Sequence record: PX930851.1
Strand: one strand, 5' to 3'
Length of the DNA stretch: 64,000 nucleotides
Source: a phage
Under the pieces are notes generated by a model. That model ran no database searches, was not told the DNA's origin, and worked only from the letters and a program-made list of their open reading frames with translations. Position 1 is the stretch's first letter. Each line of letters begins with the position of its first letter. This document shows, piece after piece, positions 37,568 to 48,396 of this stretch. Position numbers and translations under genes: made by a program.

Positions 37568-37657
37568 TGGCGGAGGCGATAGGATTCGAACCTATGAATC
37601 GCCGGAGCGACTGCCGGTTTTCAAGACCGGTGCATTCAACCACTCTGCCACACCTCC
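37568..37657 (-). tRNA. tRNA-Ser (anticodon TGA), class II
   Basis: long variable arm; loop CTTGAAA; near-identical to T4 tRNA-Ser as recalled; 2 nt from tRNA-Pro (dimeric precursor). Confidence 0.88.
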
Positions 37658-37659
37658 AG

Positions 37660-37733
37660 TCTCCATACAAGGATTTGAACCTTGGACCTCCTGATCCCAA
37701 ATCAGGCGCTCTACCAAACTGAGCTACACGGAG
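37660..37733 (-). tRNA. tRNA-Pro (anticodon TGG), CCA not encoded
   Basis: canonical cloverleaf; loop TTTGGGA; abuts tRNA-Ser. Confidence 0.85.
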
Positions 37734-37743
37734 TAAATTAAAT

Positions 37744-37817
<74 letters not shown>

Positions 37818-37822
37818 AAATT

Positions 37823-37909
37823 TGGTGCGAGAAGTGGGACTCGAACCCACAAGGAAATCATTCCGCAGCATTTTAAGTGCTGTGCCTTTACCAATTTGAC
37901 CATTCTCGC
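37823..37909 (-). tRNA. tRNA-Leu (anticodon TAA), class II
   Basis: long variable arm; loop CTTAAAA; T-loop TTCGAGT. Confidence 0.85.
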
Positions 37910-37910
37910 G

Positions 37911-37983
37911 CTGGGAATAAAGGACTCGAACCTTTGCATCTAGCAGTCAAAGTGCTATGCCTTACCAACTTGGCTAATTCCCA
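37911..37983 (-). tRNA. tRNA-Gln (anticodon TTG), CCA not encoded
   Basis: acceptor TGGGAAT/ATTCCCA; loop CTTTGAC; 1 nt from tRNA-Leu (Gln-Leu dimer as in T4). Confidence 0.85.
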
Positions 37984-38052
37984 ATTATTAACAAAGGCTC
38001 TCAAACAAGAACCCTTGATGATAGAGGGTATTAATCAGTGCGGTATGAGTTA

Positions 38053-38077
38053 ATAATAACAAATAATTCTTAAAGCA
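38053..38077 (-). promoter_or_regulatory. candidate MotA-dependent middle promoter upstream of tRNA cluster
   Basis: AATTTGCTTTA MotA box, 12-nt spacer, -10 TATTAT. Confidence 0.5.
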
Positions 38078-38585
38078 AATTAAACATTTTAACGGTCGGC
38101 AAAACAATTTCTTCTTCTATATAAGAGTATTTAACACTCTCAACTACACGCAAAAAATCATAATCATAATACTCAGAAGCATTACCTAAAATATTAATAA
38201 GTCCTTCAAGCACTTTATTACCATTCACAAAGAATAAGTCAAATACGCGTTCTTCGTCTTCTTCGGATTTATTACCAAGGTCAACTTCTATATCAAAGAC
38301 CTTTTTAATGAATTCTGGATAAAGTTGTTCTGAGAACAGTCCTTCAACCAAGTATTCATAAATAAAAAGCGATTGCTCGCTGAACAAGCCATTACCACAA
38401 TAACGTTCAGCTTTAGTACTAGAATGTCTACTTTTAAACTTCTTTAAAAGATATTGAAATTGTAAGATTTCATGCTCTTCTACGCCAAACAGTGTTTTAG
38501 TTTTATAGTTGTCACCATCATTTTCCCAGGTAGTGACATCAATTACGTAACCCTGTGGAATTGTAGTACCTAAACAAATATTCAT
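38070..38585 (-). CDS. hypothetical protein, 171 aa
   Basis: ORF track. Confidence 0.55.
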   Translation of the reverse strand: MNICLGTTIPQGYVIDVTTWENDGDNYKTKTLFGVEEHEILQFQYLLKKFKSRHSSTKAERYCGNGLFSEQSLFIYEYLVEGLFSEQLYPEFIKKVFDIEVDLGNKSEEDEERVFDLFFVNGNKVLEGLINILGNASEYYDYDFLRVVESVKYSYIEEEIVLPTVKMFNLL

Positions 38586-38875
38586 TTGCTCACCATATTA
38601 ATGTAAGTATATTCAATACATTCAAGACCCAAAGGATTCTTGAAAATATCATATTCAAGAGGACCTTTTTCCGTTTCAATAAAGAAATCAAAATTTACTG
38701 TATTAAATTTACGGTCTTCCTTCACTAATTTAACCTGAGAAGATGAACGGTCAATGTAAACCTTTTCAACTTCAAAACATGTTAAAATGCCATAATCATC
38801 AATCAAGGCTTTAGCTGCTTCTTGATCATATTTATATCCATTTTCAATGGACGATACTTTAGCATAAAGAATCAT
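38582..38875 (-). CDS. hypothetical protein, 97 aa
   Basis: ORF track. Confidence 0.5.
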   Translation of the reverse strand: MILYAKVSSIENGYKYDQEAAKALIDDYGILTCFEVEKVYIDRSSSQVKLVKEDRKFNTVNFDFFIETEKGPLEYDIFKNPLGLECIEYTYINMVSK

Positions 38876-38878
38876 TAT

Positions 38879-39268
38879 TTACCCTTCATCAACAATAGTA
38901 TGAGTGTGGGCATTTACGATTTGCCACCAGTCAAAGCGATTAGAACCATACATTGGTTTGTTCTCATTTTCTTTGATAATGTCACGGAGTTCATCTTCGG
39001 TAGCGGCTTTCGCGATTAAATCAGCATATCCACCGCGAGGATAATAATTATCACCTGCAAAAAGTAAAAAGTTTGGTTTAATATTATTAAACTCTTCAAG
39101 AGTAATAACTTTTCCTGTCGGTTGAACAATCTCTACATATTTATATCCTAATTTTTGAGCAGCATCTACTGCTTCAAGCAGGGTATCATGAGCCCATCCA
39201 ATTTGGCAATCTGGCTTTTCAGATGGATTAGCCTGATAATCCGCGTACACTTTATACATTCTATTCAC
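38879..39268 (-). CDS. hypothetical protein, 129 aa
   Basis: ORF track. Confidence 0.55.
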   Translation of the reverse strand: MNRMYKVYADYQANPSEKPDCQIGWAHDTLLEAVDAAQKLGYKYVEIVQPTGKVITLEEFNNIKPNFLLFAGDNYYPRGGYADLIAKAATEDELRDIIKENENKPMYGSNRFDWWQIVNAHTHTIVDEG

Positions 39269-39446
39269 CTTTAGAAATTTTATCCATAACGATAGCGATT
39301 AAACCAATTAAAAATGCTACTACAAGCGAAAACACATTTTCTGCTGTAGTTAATAATCCGCATATAAATCCAACAAACATTGAAAAACTAAAAGCAGAAG
39401 CAGAAATTGCAATAGCAACATTTCGAATTAATTCACAGCGTTTCAT
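39261..39446 (-). CDS. small membrane protein, 61 aa
   Basis: start moved to ATG 39446 (GAGGAG RBS) below early promoter; one TM helix. Confidence 0.45.
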   Translation of the reverse strand: MKRCELIRNVAIAISASAFSFSMFVGFICGLLTTAENVFSLVVAFLIGLIAIVMDKISKGE

Positions 39447-39474
39447 TTTATTCTCCTCAGTAGTTGATAGGGTA

Positions 39475-39504
39475 ATAGTATCACAACTAAAACCCCGTGT
39501 AAAC
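39475..39504 (-). promoter_or_regulatory. phage early promoter
   Basis: -35 GTTTAC, 18-nt spacer, TTGTGATACTAT. Confidence 0.6.
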
Positions 39505-39516
39505 AACTTTGTGAAA

Positions 39517-39774
39517 TTATTTTAAATCTTCTAATCGTTTCTTCATCTTAGAACCATTTTTAGCGATTTCTCCTGCGTCAGAGCATAATGCTAAAAGTGC
39601 TTTAACTTTAGTTTGGTCTCCTTTAAAAGACGAAGGATCGACTGCAGCAGCAAGTTCTTTAATACGAGAGAAAAGACGCTCAGCTTCAGCTAAAGCCATT
39701 CCAAGCTTTACTTCCATACCATGAGAAGATTCAGTGATAATAGTTTCTGTAGCAAACTCTTTATAAGTTTTCAT
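39517..39774 (-). CDS. internal-protein-like capsid-packaged protein, 85 aa (ipI-like position)
   Basis: N-terminus MKTYKEFATETIITE; early promoter 39806-39835. Confidence 0.6.
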   Translation of the reverse strand: MKTYKEFATETIITESSHGMEVKLGMALAEAERLFSRIKELAAAVDPSSFKGDQTKVKALLALCSDAGEIAKNGSKMKKRLEDLK

Positions 39775-39805
39775 TTTATTTTTCCTAATTAATTTTGATG
39801 AGGTA

Positions 39806-39835
39806 ATAGTATCACTACCTCATCAGTGTGTAAAC
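39806..39835 (-). promoter_or_regulatory. phage early promoter upstream of IP-like gene
   Basis: -35 GTTTAC, 18-nt spacer, GTGATACTAT; spacer contains inverted repeat GATGAGGTA/TACCTCATC. Confidence 0.55.
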
Positions 39836-39847
39836 AACTTTGTGAAA

Positions 39848-40544
<697 letters not shown>

Positions 40545-40545
<1 letters not shown>

Positions 40546-41270
40546 TATAGTACCTTTAGTGTATTTTTAATTTTAGAAAAAAGTTCTTCAAGAGAACCAT
40601 CGTTTGTAATTACTAAATCGCCATCACGAATTGGCAATCCAGCTTCTGTAATATGTGTATCATTGGATTTTTGACCAGGACGAACTACATGAATTACTGT
40701 AGCACCCATCGCCCTAGCCGCATCCATTTCATGATCTTGACGAGTATCAGGAACGATATAATAATCATAACCTGAGTTAAATTTATCAAGATAATCTAAA
40801 GCAAATAATTTTACCCAGTACATGCGGTCGAAGTTATTAACAATCAAATCCGTACCTAGGGCTTGCATCAGACGACGGACTGACCATTGATCTTCAATAT
40901 TATTTATAACGTCAATAATCTTGTTAAATGCTACGGAATTAACTGATTCTTTTCCTTCGTCATCAAAAACAAACACACCTTTAATTGGGCTTTTACCATT
41001 AAGATAGCAAAATGCTTGTTCCATAATTGTGATTACTTCTAATTTAGTCAGATTTAAATTAGTCTCACGATCATAGTCAATTCCTTCAAACTCTTTACGA
41101 GTTAAGCAAGGATAGTCAGTGTTTGCTGCAAATACTCCCCATGCATAAGCCAATGCATCCTTAATAGGACCAGCAAGTTGGTATTTAACTGCAGAATAAT
41201 TGCTCATGATAAAATCAGCAGTAGTATCTTTTCCACTACGCTTTACACCGCTTAAAAAGATTAGTTTCAT
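40545..41270 (-). CDS. 1: gp1 deoxynucleoside monophosphate kinase
   Basis: start at ATG 41270 gives 241 aa (MKLIFLSGVKRSGKDT..., P-loop); track start is further upstream. Confidence 0.88.
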
Positions 41271-41319
41271 GTGTTTCTCCTCAAATTTAATTAAGATTAT
41301 AACACACAAAACTGAAGCA

Positions 41320-41850
41320 TTAAACTTCTGCTATAATTTTTCCATCTTTTTCTACTTGAAAATAGGTGTAAGGAATCGTTGCAGTACATACTAAAGCCGG
41401 GTCTGAATCTTCTGTGTAGCTAAATTCTACTTCAGATAGGTCAGAAACCCACGGCTTATAAAAATTTATTGACATCACGATTTCAGTTTTGCTATTATCT
41501 AAGATGTAAAGCGTAATGTACTCAGGACCTGTTTTTTGGGCAGTATTTTCACCTGTAAGATAGTTGCTAGTTCCTAACATCCATTCATACATTCCTATCC
41601 ACGACTTAAGTTCTTCATCAACTATAAATCTCACAATGAGTGGATCATACTCAAATGTAACACCTGGACGTTGTGCTCGGCCCAGTCCAAACGGCCCAGT
41701 CACGGTATCAGTAACAGGTATTCTAATTCCTGGAATAGGAACTGACTGAGCATTTAAAGTAAAAGCAGATGTAGTATTACTATGTGGTATTGATACTACA
41801 AAGTTAGTTGTATTTGCTTGGTTAAAAATTTGTTGCAGAGCTTGCGACAT
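41320..41850 (-). CDS. 3: gp3 tail completion/sheath stabiliser
   Basis: internal ATG 41850 gives 176 aa, matching T4 gp3 length; synteny 1-3-2-4. Confidence 0.75.
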   Translation of the reverse strand: MSQALQQIFNQANTTNFVVSIPHSNTTSAFTLNAQSVPIPGIRIPVTDTVTGPFGLGRAQRPGVTFEYDPLIVRFIVDEELKSWIGMYEWMLGTSNYLTGENTAQKTGPEYITLYILDNSKTEIVMSINFYKPWVSDLSEVEFSYTEDSDPALVCTATIPYTYFQVEKDGKIIAEV

Positions 41851-41956
41851 ATATTCCTCATAATGCTTTATAACTGTTGGTGGTATAATGGGTCTAAGTC
41901 CCTTCCATTCAATTCCATTTAGAACAAACAACAGAAAAGAATGGAAGATAATAGAA

Positions 41957-42781
41957 TTAGATATTTGACCAGACTTTGTTTGCAGAGAAACGTTTTCCTT
42001 TTGAAACGAACTGCTGAAGTGGCATCAGCACAACGTTCGCCCAGTCTTTCGGGGCGATTTCAACAAGGCTACCCATAATATTACCAGGTATATATGCCTT
42101 AATCATTTGGTCTGCACCCCTAAATCCTTTCACTTGACTCCAATCAATTTTTAATTTCGTTTTATTAGTAATAGTAGGTGTATTTGCATATTGCTTTAAA
42201 AGCTCTTCTAGGAATTGCTGACGAGCTTTAGGTGGAATATAGTGCAAGTTCAATCCGTACATTAAATTATGCTTACCTAAACCAAGGTAAATTATCAAAG
42301 GAAATTTATCCCAGTAAGGAAGAGTTTCCTTGTGTTTAGCATCATAAGCAAAAGCATATATTCGTCCCGGCTGCGGGCGAACAACTTTATGTCCTTTTAC
42401 TTGCTTAATAGTTTCAGCAAACCATTTTCTGGTTTTATTATTAATTGCTGCACCTTCATTACGAATTTTATCGCGCAATGTTTGTCTGAATGAATTTATC
42501 ATAAGCAGTTGTCTTTCTTGCTTATTGAGCTTATTCATTGGTTTTGATTCAAGCTTTTGAATCTTTTCAGCCGTTTTAATTCCCGAAGCATATTTTGACA
42601 TTGCCGAAGTAAACGTAGAGTATTTGATTCCTCTTTCTTCAGCAAATTGCTTTCCTGTCATTCCTTTTGCTTTGGCCTTTTTATATTCAAGACCTATTTG
42701 AATCCATTTCTTTTCGTTTAATGATTGCTTAACCTTTGGAACTTGGGGAGTGCTTTCATTAATTATTTGAAAAATAGCCAT
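41957..42781 (-). CDS. 2: gp2 DNA end-protector protein
   Basis: 274 aa; synteny. Confidence 0.85.
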
Positions 42782-43233
42782 TATGCCCCCTTAAAGCCAA
42801 GAGCTCGTAATCCATCTTCTGTTAGAATTCTAAATTTTATTCCACGCTTTTCAGCTAAAGATTGCGCTGCTTTCCATTTGTCGGTATTAACGGAATATGT
42901 ATAAATTTCATTCATAAATCTTTTCTTCGCTGCAGTTGTTAGATGTGCTGGTTTAACTGGTGGTTGTGTTTCTTTTTTAGGTTTTATTTCAATAAAAAAT
43001 TCTTGTCCAGAAGAATCTTTCATCCAAATATCCATGAAGTATCTACGTTTTTTCCCTTCGGCATTACAAAAATAAGGAATTACTGCTGTTTCACTACCCC
43101 ATGCAATAATTTCTGGATTTTTATCTAACCATTCAAAAAAGAATTTTTCCCAATTTGATCTATACGTAATTTTTTTAGGGTCACCTCTATATTTTGATAT
43201 ATTTTTAGGAACCCATTTTCCAGAATATGCCAT
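42781..43233 (-). CDS. 4: gp4 head completion protein
   Basis: 150 aa; synteny; divergent from gene 53 with late promoters on both strands. Confidence 0.85.
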
Positions 43234-43244
43234 TGGATTCTCCT

Positions 43245-43252
43245 TATAAATA
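43245..43252 (+). promoter_or_regulatory. late promoter (TATAAATA) for gene 53
   Basis: exact TATAAATA 29 nt upstream of gene 53 ATG. Confidence 0.7.
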
Positions 43253-43259
43253 GATAATA

Positions 43260-43267
43260 TATTTATA
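43260..43267 (-). promoter_or_regulatory. late promoter (TATAAATA) for gene 4 operon
   Basis: exact TATAAATA on minus strand 27 nt upstream of gene 4 ATG. Confidence 0.65.
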
Positions 43268-43280
43268 AACAGGAGGGCCC

Positions 43281-43871
43281 ATGCTCTTTACATTTTTTGA
43301 TCCGATTGAATATGCGGCCAAAACGGTGAATAAAAACGCGCCGACTATTCCTATGACAGATATTTTTAGAAACTATAAAGACTATTTCAAACGTGCTCTT
43401 GCGGGATACCGCTTACGTACTTATTATATTAAAGGTTCACCTCGTCCCGAAGAATTAGCAAATACTATATATGGAAATCCACAGTTGTATTGGGTTTTAT
43501 TGATGTGTAATGATAATTATGACCCGTATTATGGATGGATTACTTCACAAGAAGCTGCTTATCAAGCATCTATACAAAAATACAAAAACGTAGGTGGAGA
43601 CCAAATAGTATATCATGTGAATGAGAACGGTGAAAAATTTTATAATTTAGTATCATACGATGATAATCCATATGTTTGGTATGATAAAGGCGATAAAGCT
43701 AGAAAATATCCTCAATATGAAGGAGCACTTGCTGCGGTCGATACGTATGAAGCTGCCGTTCTTGAAAATGAAAAACTTCGTCAAATAAAAATAATAGCAA
43801 AATCAGACATCAATTCATTTATGAACGACCTTATACGTATAATGGAGAAATCTTATGGAAATGATAAGTAA
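43281..43871 (+). CDS. 53: gp53 baseplate wedge protein
   Basis: 196 aa; late promoter and AGGAGG RBS upstream. Confidence 0.88.
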   Translation: MLFTFFDPIEYAAKTVNKNAPTIPMTDIFRNYKDYFKRALAGYRLRTYYIKGSPRPEELANTIYGNPQLYWVLLMCNDNYDPYYGWITSQEAAYQASIQKYKNVGGDQIVYHVNENGEKFYNLVSYDDNPYVWYDKGDKARKYPQYEGALAAVDTYEAAVLENEKLRQIKIIAKSDINSFMNDLIRIMEKSYGNDK

Positions 43872-45582
43872 TAACCTCAATTGGTTTGTTGGTGTTGTTG
43901 AAGATAGAATGGACCCATTGAAATTAGGTCGTGTTCGTGTTCGTGTTGTTGGTCTGCATCCACCTCAAAGAGCACAAGGTGATGTAATGGGTATTCCAAC
44001 TGAAAAATTACCATGGATGTCAGTTATTCAACCTATAACTTCTGCAGCAATGTCAGGAATTGGAGGCTCCGTTACTGGACCGGTAGAAGGAACTAGAGTT
44101 TATGGTCATTTTTTAGACAAATGGAAAACCAACGGAATTGTTCTTGGCACATATGGTGGAATAGTTCGCGAAAAACCTAATAGACTTGAAGGATTTTCTG
44201 ACCCAACTGGGCAATATCCTAGACGTTTAGGAAATGATACTAACGTACTAAACCAAGGCGGAGAAGTAGGATATGATTCGTCTTCTAACGTTATCCAAGA
44301 TAGTAACTTAGACACTGCAATAAATCCCGATGATAGACCGCTATCAGAGATTCCAACTGATGATAATCCAAATATGTCAATGGCTGAAATGCTTCGCCGT
44401 GATGAAGGATTAAGACTAAAAGTTTATTGGGATACCGAAGGATATCCGACAATTGGTATTGGTCATCTTATTATGAAGCAGCCAGTTCGTGATATGACCC
44501 AAATTAATAAAGTTTTATCAAAACAAGTTGGTCGTGAAATTACCGGAAATCCAGGTTCTATTACAATGGAAGAAGCGGTAACTTTATTTGAACGTGATTT
44601 AGCTGATATGCAACGTGACATTAAATCACATTCTAAAGTAGGACCAGTCTGGCAAGCTGTCAACCGTTCTCGTCAAATGGCATTAGAAAATATGGCATTT
44701 CAGATGGGTGTTGGCGGTGTAGCTAAATTTAACACAATGTTAACTGCTATGTTAGCAGGAGATTGGGAAAAAGCATATAAAGCCGGTCGTGATTCGTTGT
44801 GGTATCAACAAACAAAAGGCCGTGCATCCCGTGTTACCATGATTATTCTTACCGGAAATTTGGAATCATATGGTATTGAAGTTAAAACACCAGCTAGGTC
44901 TTTGTCGGCAATGGCTGCTACTGTAGCTAAATCTTCTGACCCTGCTGATCCTCCTATTCCAAATGACTCGAGAATTTTATTCAAAGAACCAGTTTCTTCA
45001 TATAAAGGCGAATATCCTTATGTGCATACAATGGAAACTGAAAGCGGACATATTCAGGAATTTGATGATACCCCTGGACAAGAACGATACAGATTAGTTC
45101 ATCCAACTGGAACTTATGAAGAAGTATCACCGTCAGGAAGAAGAACGAGAAAAACTGTTGATAATTTGTATGATATAACAAATGCTGATGGTAATTTTTT
45201 GGTAGCCGGTGATAAAAAGACTAACGTCGGTGGATCAGAAATTTATTACAACATGGATAATCGTCTTCACCAGATAGATGGAAGCAATACAATATTTGTA
45301 CGTGGCGATGAAACTAAGACGGTTGAAGGTAATGGAACTATCCTAGTCAAAGGTAATGTTACTATTGTAGTTGAAGGTAATGCTGACATTACAGTTAAAG
45401 GAGATGCTACCACTTTAGTTGAAGGAAATCAAACTAACACAGTAAATGGAAATCTTTCTTGGAAAGTTGCTGGGACAGTTGATTGGGACGTTGGTGGTGA
45501 TTGGACAGAAAAAATGGCATCTATGAGTTCTATTTCATCTGGTCAATACACAATTGATGGATCGAGGATTGACATTGGCTAA
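43855..45582 (+). CDS. 5: gp5 baseplate hub/tail lysozyme (cell-puncturing device)
   Basis: 575 aa; internal lysozyme domain similar to e (LRRDEGLRLKVYWDTEGYPTIGIGHL); C-terminal beta-helix repeats (VEGN...). Confidence 0.95.
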   Translation: MEMISNNLNWFVGVVEDRMDPLKLGRVRVRVVGLHPPQRAQGDVMGIPTEKLPWMSVIQPITSAAMSGIGGSVTGPVEGTRVYGHFLDKWKTNGIVLGTYGGIVREKPNRLEGFSDPTGQYPRRLGNDTNVLNQGGEVGYDSSSNVIQDSNLDTAINPDDRPLSEIPTDDNPNMSMAEMLRRDEGLRLKVYWDTEGYPTIGIGHLIMKQPVRDMTQINKVLSKQVGREITGNPGSITMEEAVTLFERDLADMQRDIKSHSKVGPVWQAVNRSRQMALENMAFQMGVGGVAKFNTMLTAMLAGDWEKAYKAGRDSLWYQQTKGRASRVTMIILTGNLESYGIEVKTPARSLSAMAATVAKSSDPADPPIPNDSRILFKEPVSSYKGEYPYVHTMETESGHIQEFDDTPGQERYRLVHPTGTYEEVSPSGRRTRKTVDNLYDITNADGNFLVAGDKKTNVGGSEIYYNMDNRLHQIDGSNTIFVRGDETKTVEGNGTILVKGNVTIVVEGNADITVKGDATTLVEGNQTNTVNGNLSWKVAGTVDWDVGGDWTEKMASMSSISSGQYTIDGSRIDIG

Positions 45583-46111
45583 TATACTTCCAATGAGCGC
45601 TGATTTAGGAGAATCCATGGAAGGTTCTTCTATCGACGTCACCTTTACCGCTCAATTAGAAACAGGTGAAACGTTAGTATCTATAAATATAACTAGTTAC
45701 GAAGAAACTCCTGGGGTTTTAGTAGAAGAAAATCGTTTATATGGAACGTATGAATCTGTATTTGGATTTGGAAATGACGCGTTGAAATATCGTTTAGGCG
45801 ATGAATTTAAAACTGCTGCTTCATGGGAAGAACTTCCTACTGATTCTGATACTCAGTTGTATTTGTGGAAAGCTCCTCAAAACCTCCAGAAGACCTTCAC
45901 TTACGAAGTAACATTAATATATGACTACCAAGAACAAAGTGAATCTGGAGGTTCTGGCAGTAATTCTAGGTCATCTTCTGATACTACTGAACCGACAAAT
46001 CCTCCTGCTCCAGTAAGAAAAACTCTCGTTAAAAATTATACTAAAACTATAGTTGGAAATTGGAGCCGTTGGGCTAATAAATTGAGAAGCTATGTGTATG
46101 AGAGGCCATAA
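45554..46111 (+). CDS. gp5.1-like protein
   Basis: 185-aa ORF between genes 5 and 5.4. Confidence 0.6.
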
Positions 46112-46405
46112 ATGTCAGGATTAAGTTATGATAAGTGTGTTACTGCTGGCCATGAAGCGTGGCCTCCAACAGTTGTGAATGCTACACAAAGTAAAGTATT
46201 CACTGGAGGAATTGCTGTTCTAGTAGCAGGCGATCCAATTACAGAACATACAGAAATTAAAAAGCCATATGAAACACATGGCGGAGTGACACAACCTAGA
46301 ACTTCTAAGGTATATGTCACTGGAAAGAAAGCTGTTCAAATGGCTGATCCAATATCATGCGGTGATACTGTGGCTCAGGCATCATCTAAAGTATTCATTA
46401 AATAG
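46112..46405 (+). CDS. 5.4: gp5.4 PAAR-repeat spike-tip protein
   Basis: 97 aa between genes 5 and 6; Gly/His-rich PAAR-like composition. Confidence 0.75.
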
Positions 46406-46413
46406 GATTTAAA

Positions 46414-48396
46414 ATGGCAAATACCCCTGTAAATTATCAATTAACAAGAACAGCAAATGCTATTCCCGAGATATTCGTCGGGGGTACGTTTGCTGAAATA
46501 AAACAAAACCTCATTGAATGGCTTAATGGCCAAAATGAATTTTTGGATTATGATTTTGAAGGCTCAAGATTAAACGTTCTGTGTGACCTTTTGGCTTATA
46601 ATACGCTGTACATTCAACAGTTTGGTAATGCTGCTGTGTATGAAAGCTTTATGCGTACTGCTAACTTACGAAGTTCAGTTGTTCAAGCTGCACAAGATAA
46701 CGGATATTTACCTACTTCAAAATCAGCTGCTCAAACTGAAATTATGCTAACTTGTACAGACGCATTGAATAGAAATTACATTACAATTCCTCGCGGAACT
46801 CGCTTTTTAGCATATGCAAAAGATACTTCTGTTAATCCATATAACTTCGTTTCTACTGAAGACGTTATTGCTATTCGTGATAAAAATAACCAATATTTTC
46901 CGCGTTTAAAATTGGCCCAGGGACGTATAGTAAGAACTGAAATCGTTTATGATAAATTAACGCCTATTATCATTTATGATAAAAATATTGATAGAAACCA
47001 GGTTAAATTATATGTTGATGGAGCGGAATGGATTAACTGGACGAGAAAGTCAATGGTTCATGCTGGTTCTACATCAACAATTTACTACATGCGTGAAACT
47101 ATTGATGGAAATACTGAATTTTATTTTGGTGAAGGTGAGATTTCCGTTAATGCGGCAGAAGGAGCATTGACCGCTAATTATATTGGAGGTCTTAAACCTA
47201 CCCAGAACTCTACAATTGTTATTGAGTACATCAGTACTAACGGTGCAGATGCGAACGGCGCAGTCGGATTTTCGTATGCAGATACATTAACAAATATAAC
47301 TGTTATCAATATTAATGAAAATCCAAACGACGACCCAGATTTTGTCGGAGCAGATGGCGGCGGTGATCCAGAAGATATTGAGCGTATTCGCGAATTAGGT
47401 ACTATTAAACGCGAAACCCAGCAACGCTGCGTAACCGCAACTGATTATGATACATTTGTCTCAGAAAGATTTGGTTCTATTATTCAAGCTGTTCAGACTT
47501 TCACTGATTCTACTAAACCTGGGTATGCATTTATTGCTGCTAAACCTAAATCAGGATTGTATTTAACTACTGTACAGCGTGAAGATATTAAAAATTATCT
47601 CAAAGATTATAATTTAGCGCCTATTACACCGTCAATTATTTCTCCTAATTATCTTTTTATTAAGACTAATTTAAAAGTCACATATGCTTTAAATAAACTA
47701 CAAGAATCCGAACAGTGGCTTGAAGGTCAAATAATTGATAAAATTGATCGTTATTATACAGAAGATGTAGAAATTTTTAACTCATCTTTTGCCAAGTCTA
47801 AGATGTTAACTTACGTAGATGATGCAGATCATTCTATCATTGGTTCATCAGCGACAATTCAAATTGTTCGTGAAGTACAAAACTTCTATAAAACGCCTGA
47901 AGCAGGTATTAAATACAATAATCAAATAAAAGATCGTTCTATGGAATCTAATACGTTTTCATTTAATTCTGGACGAAAGGTTGTAAATCCTGATACTGGT
48001 TTAGAAGAAGATGTATTATATGACGTTCGTATAGTATCAACAGACCGAGATTCTAAAGGAATTGGTAAAGTTATTATTGGTCCATTTGCTTCTGGCGATG
48101 TTACAGAAAATGAAAACATTCAGCCGTATACAGGCAACGATTTTAACAAATTAGCAAATTCTGATGGACGCGACAAATACTATGTTATCGGTGAAATAAA
48201 CTATCCAGCCGATACAATTTATTGGAATATCGCTAAAATTAATTTAACATCTGAAAAATTTGAAGTTCAGACTATTGAATTATATTCTGACCCAACCGAT
48301 GATGTTATCTTTACTCGCGATGGTTCACTGATTGTATTTGAAAATGACTTACGTCCACAATACTTAACTATCGATTTGGAGCCTATATCACAATGA
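46414..48396 (+). CDS. 6: gp6 baseplate wedge protein
   Basis: 660 aa; synteny. Confidence 0.9.
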   Translation: MANTPVNYQLTRTANAIPEIFVGGTFAEIKQNLIEWLNGQNEFLDYDFEGSRLNVLCDLLAYNTLYIQQFGNAAVYESFMRTANLRSSVVQAAQDNGYLPTSKSAAQTEIMLTCTDALNRNYITIPRGTRFLAYAKDTSVNPYNFVSTEDVIAIRDKNNQYFPRLKLAQGRIVRTEIVYDKLTPIIIYDKNIDRNQVKLYVDGAEWINWTRKSMVHAGSTSTIYYMRETIDGNTEFYFGEGEISVNAAEGALTANYIGGLKPTQNSTIVIEYISTNGADANGAVGFSYADTLTNITVININENPNDDPDFVGADGGGDPEDIERIRELGTIKRETQQRCVTATDYDTFVSERFGSIIQAVQTFTDSTKPGYAFIAAKPKSGLYLTTVQREDIKNYLKDYNLAPITPSIISPNYLFIKTNLKVTYALNKLQESEQWLEGQIIDKIDRYYTEDVEIFNSSFAKSKMLTYVDDADHSIIGSSATIQIVREVQNFYKTPEAGIKYNNQIKDRSMESNTFSFNSGRKVVNPDTGLEEDVLYDVRIVSTDRDSKGIGKVIIGPFASGDVTENENIQPYTGNDFNKLANSDGRDKYYVIGEINYPADTIYWNIAKINLTSEKFEVQTIELYSDPTDDVIFTRDGSLIVFENDLRPQYLTIDLEPISQ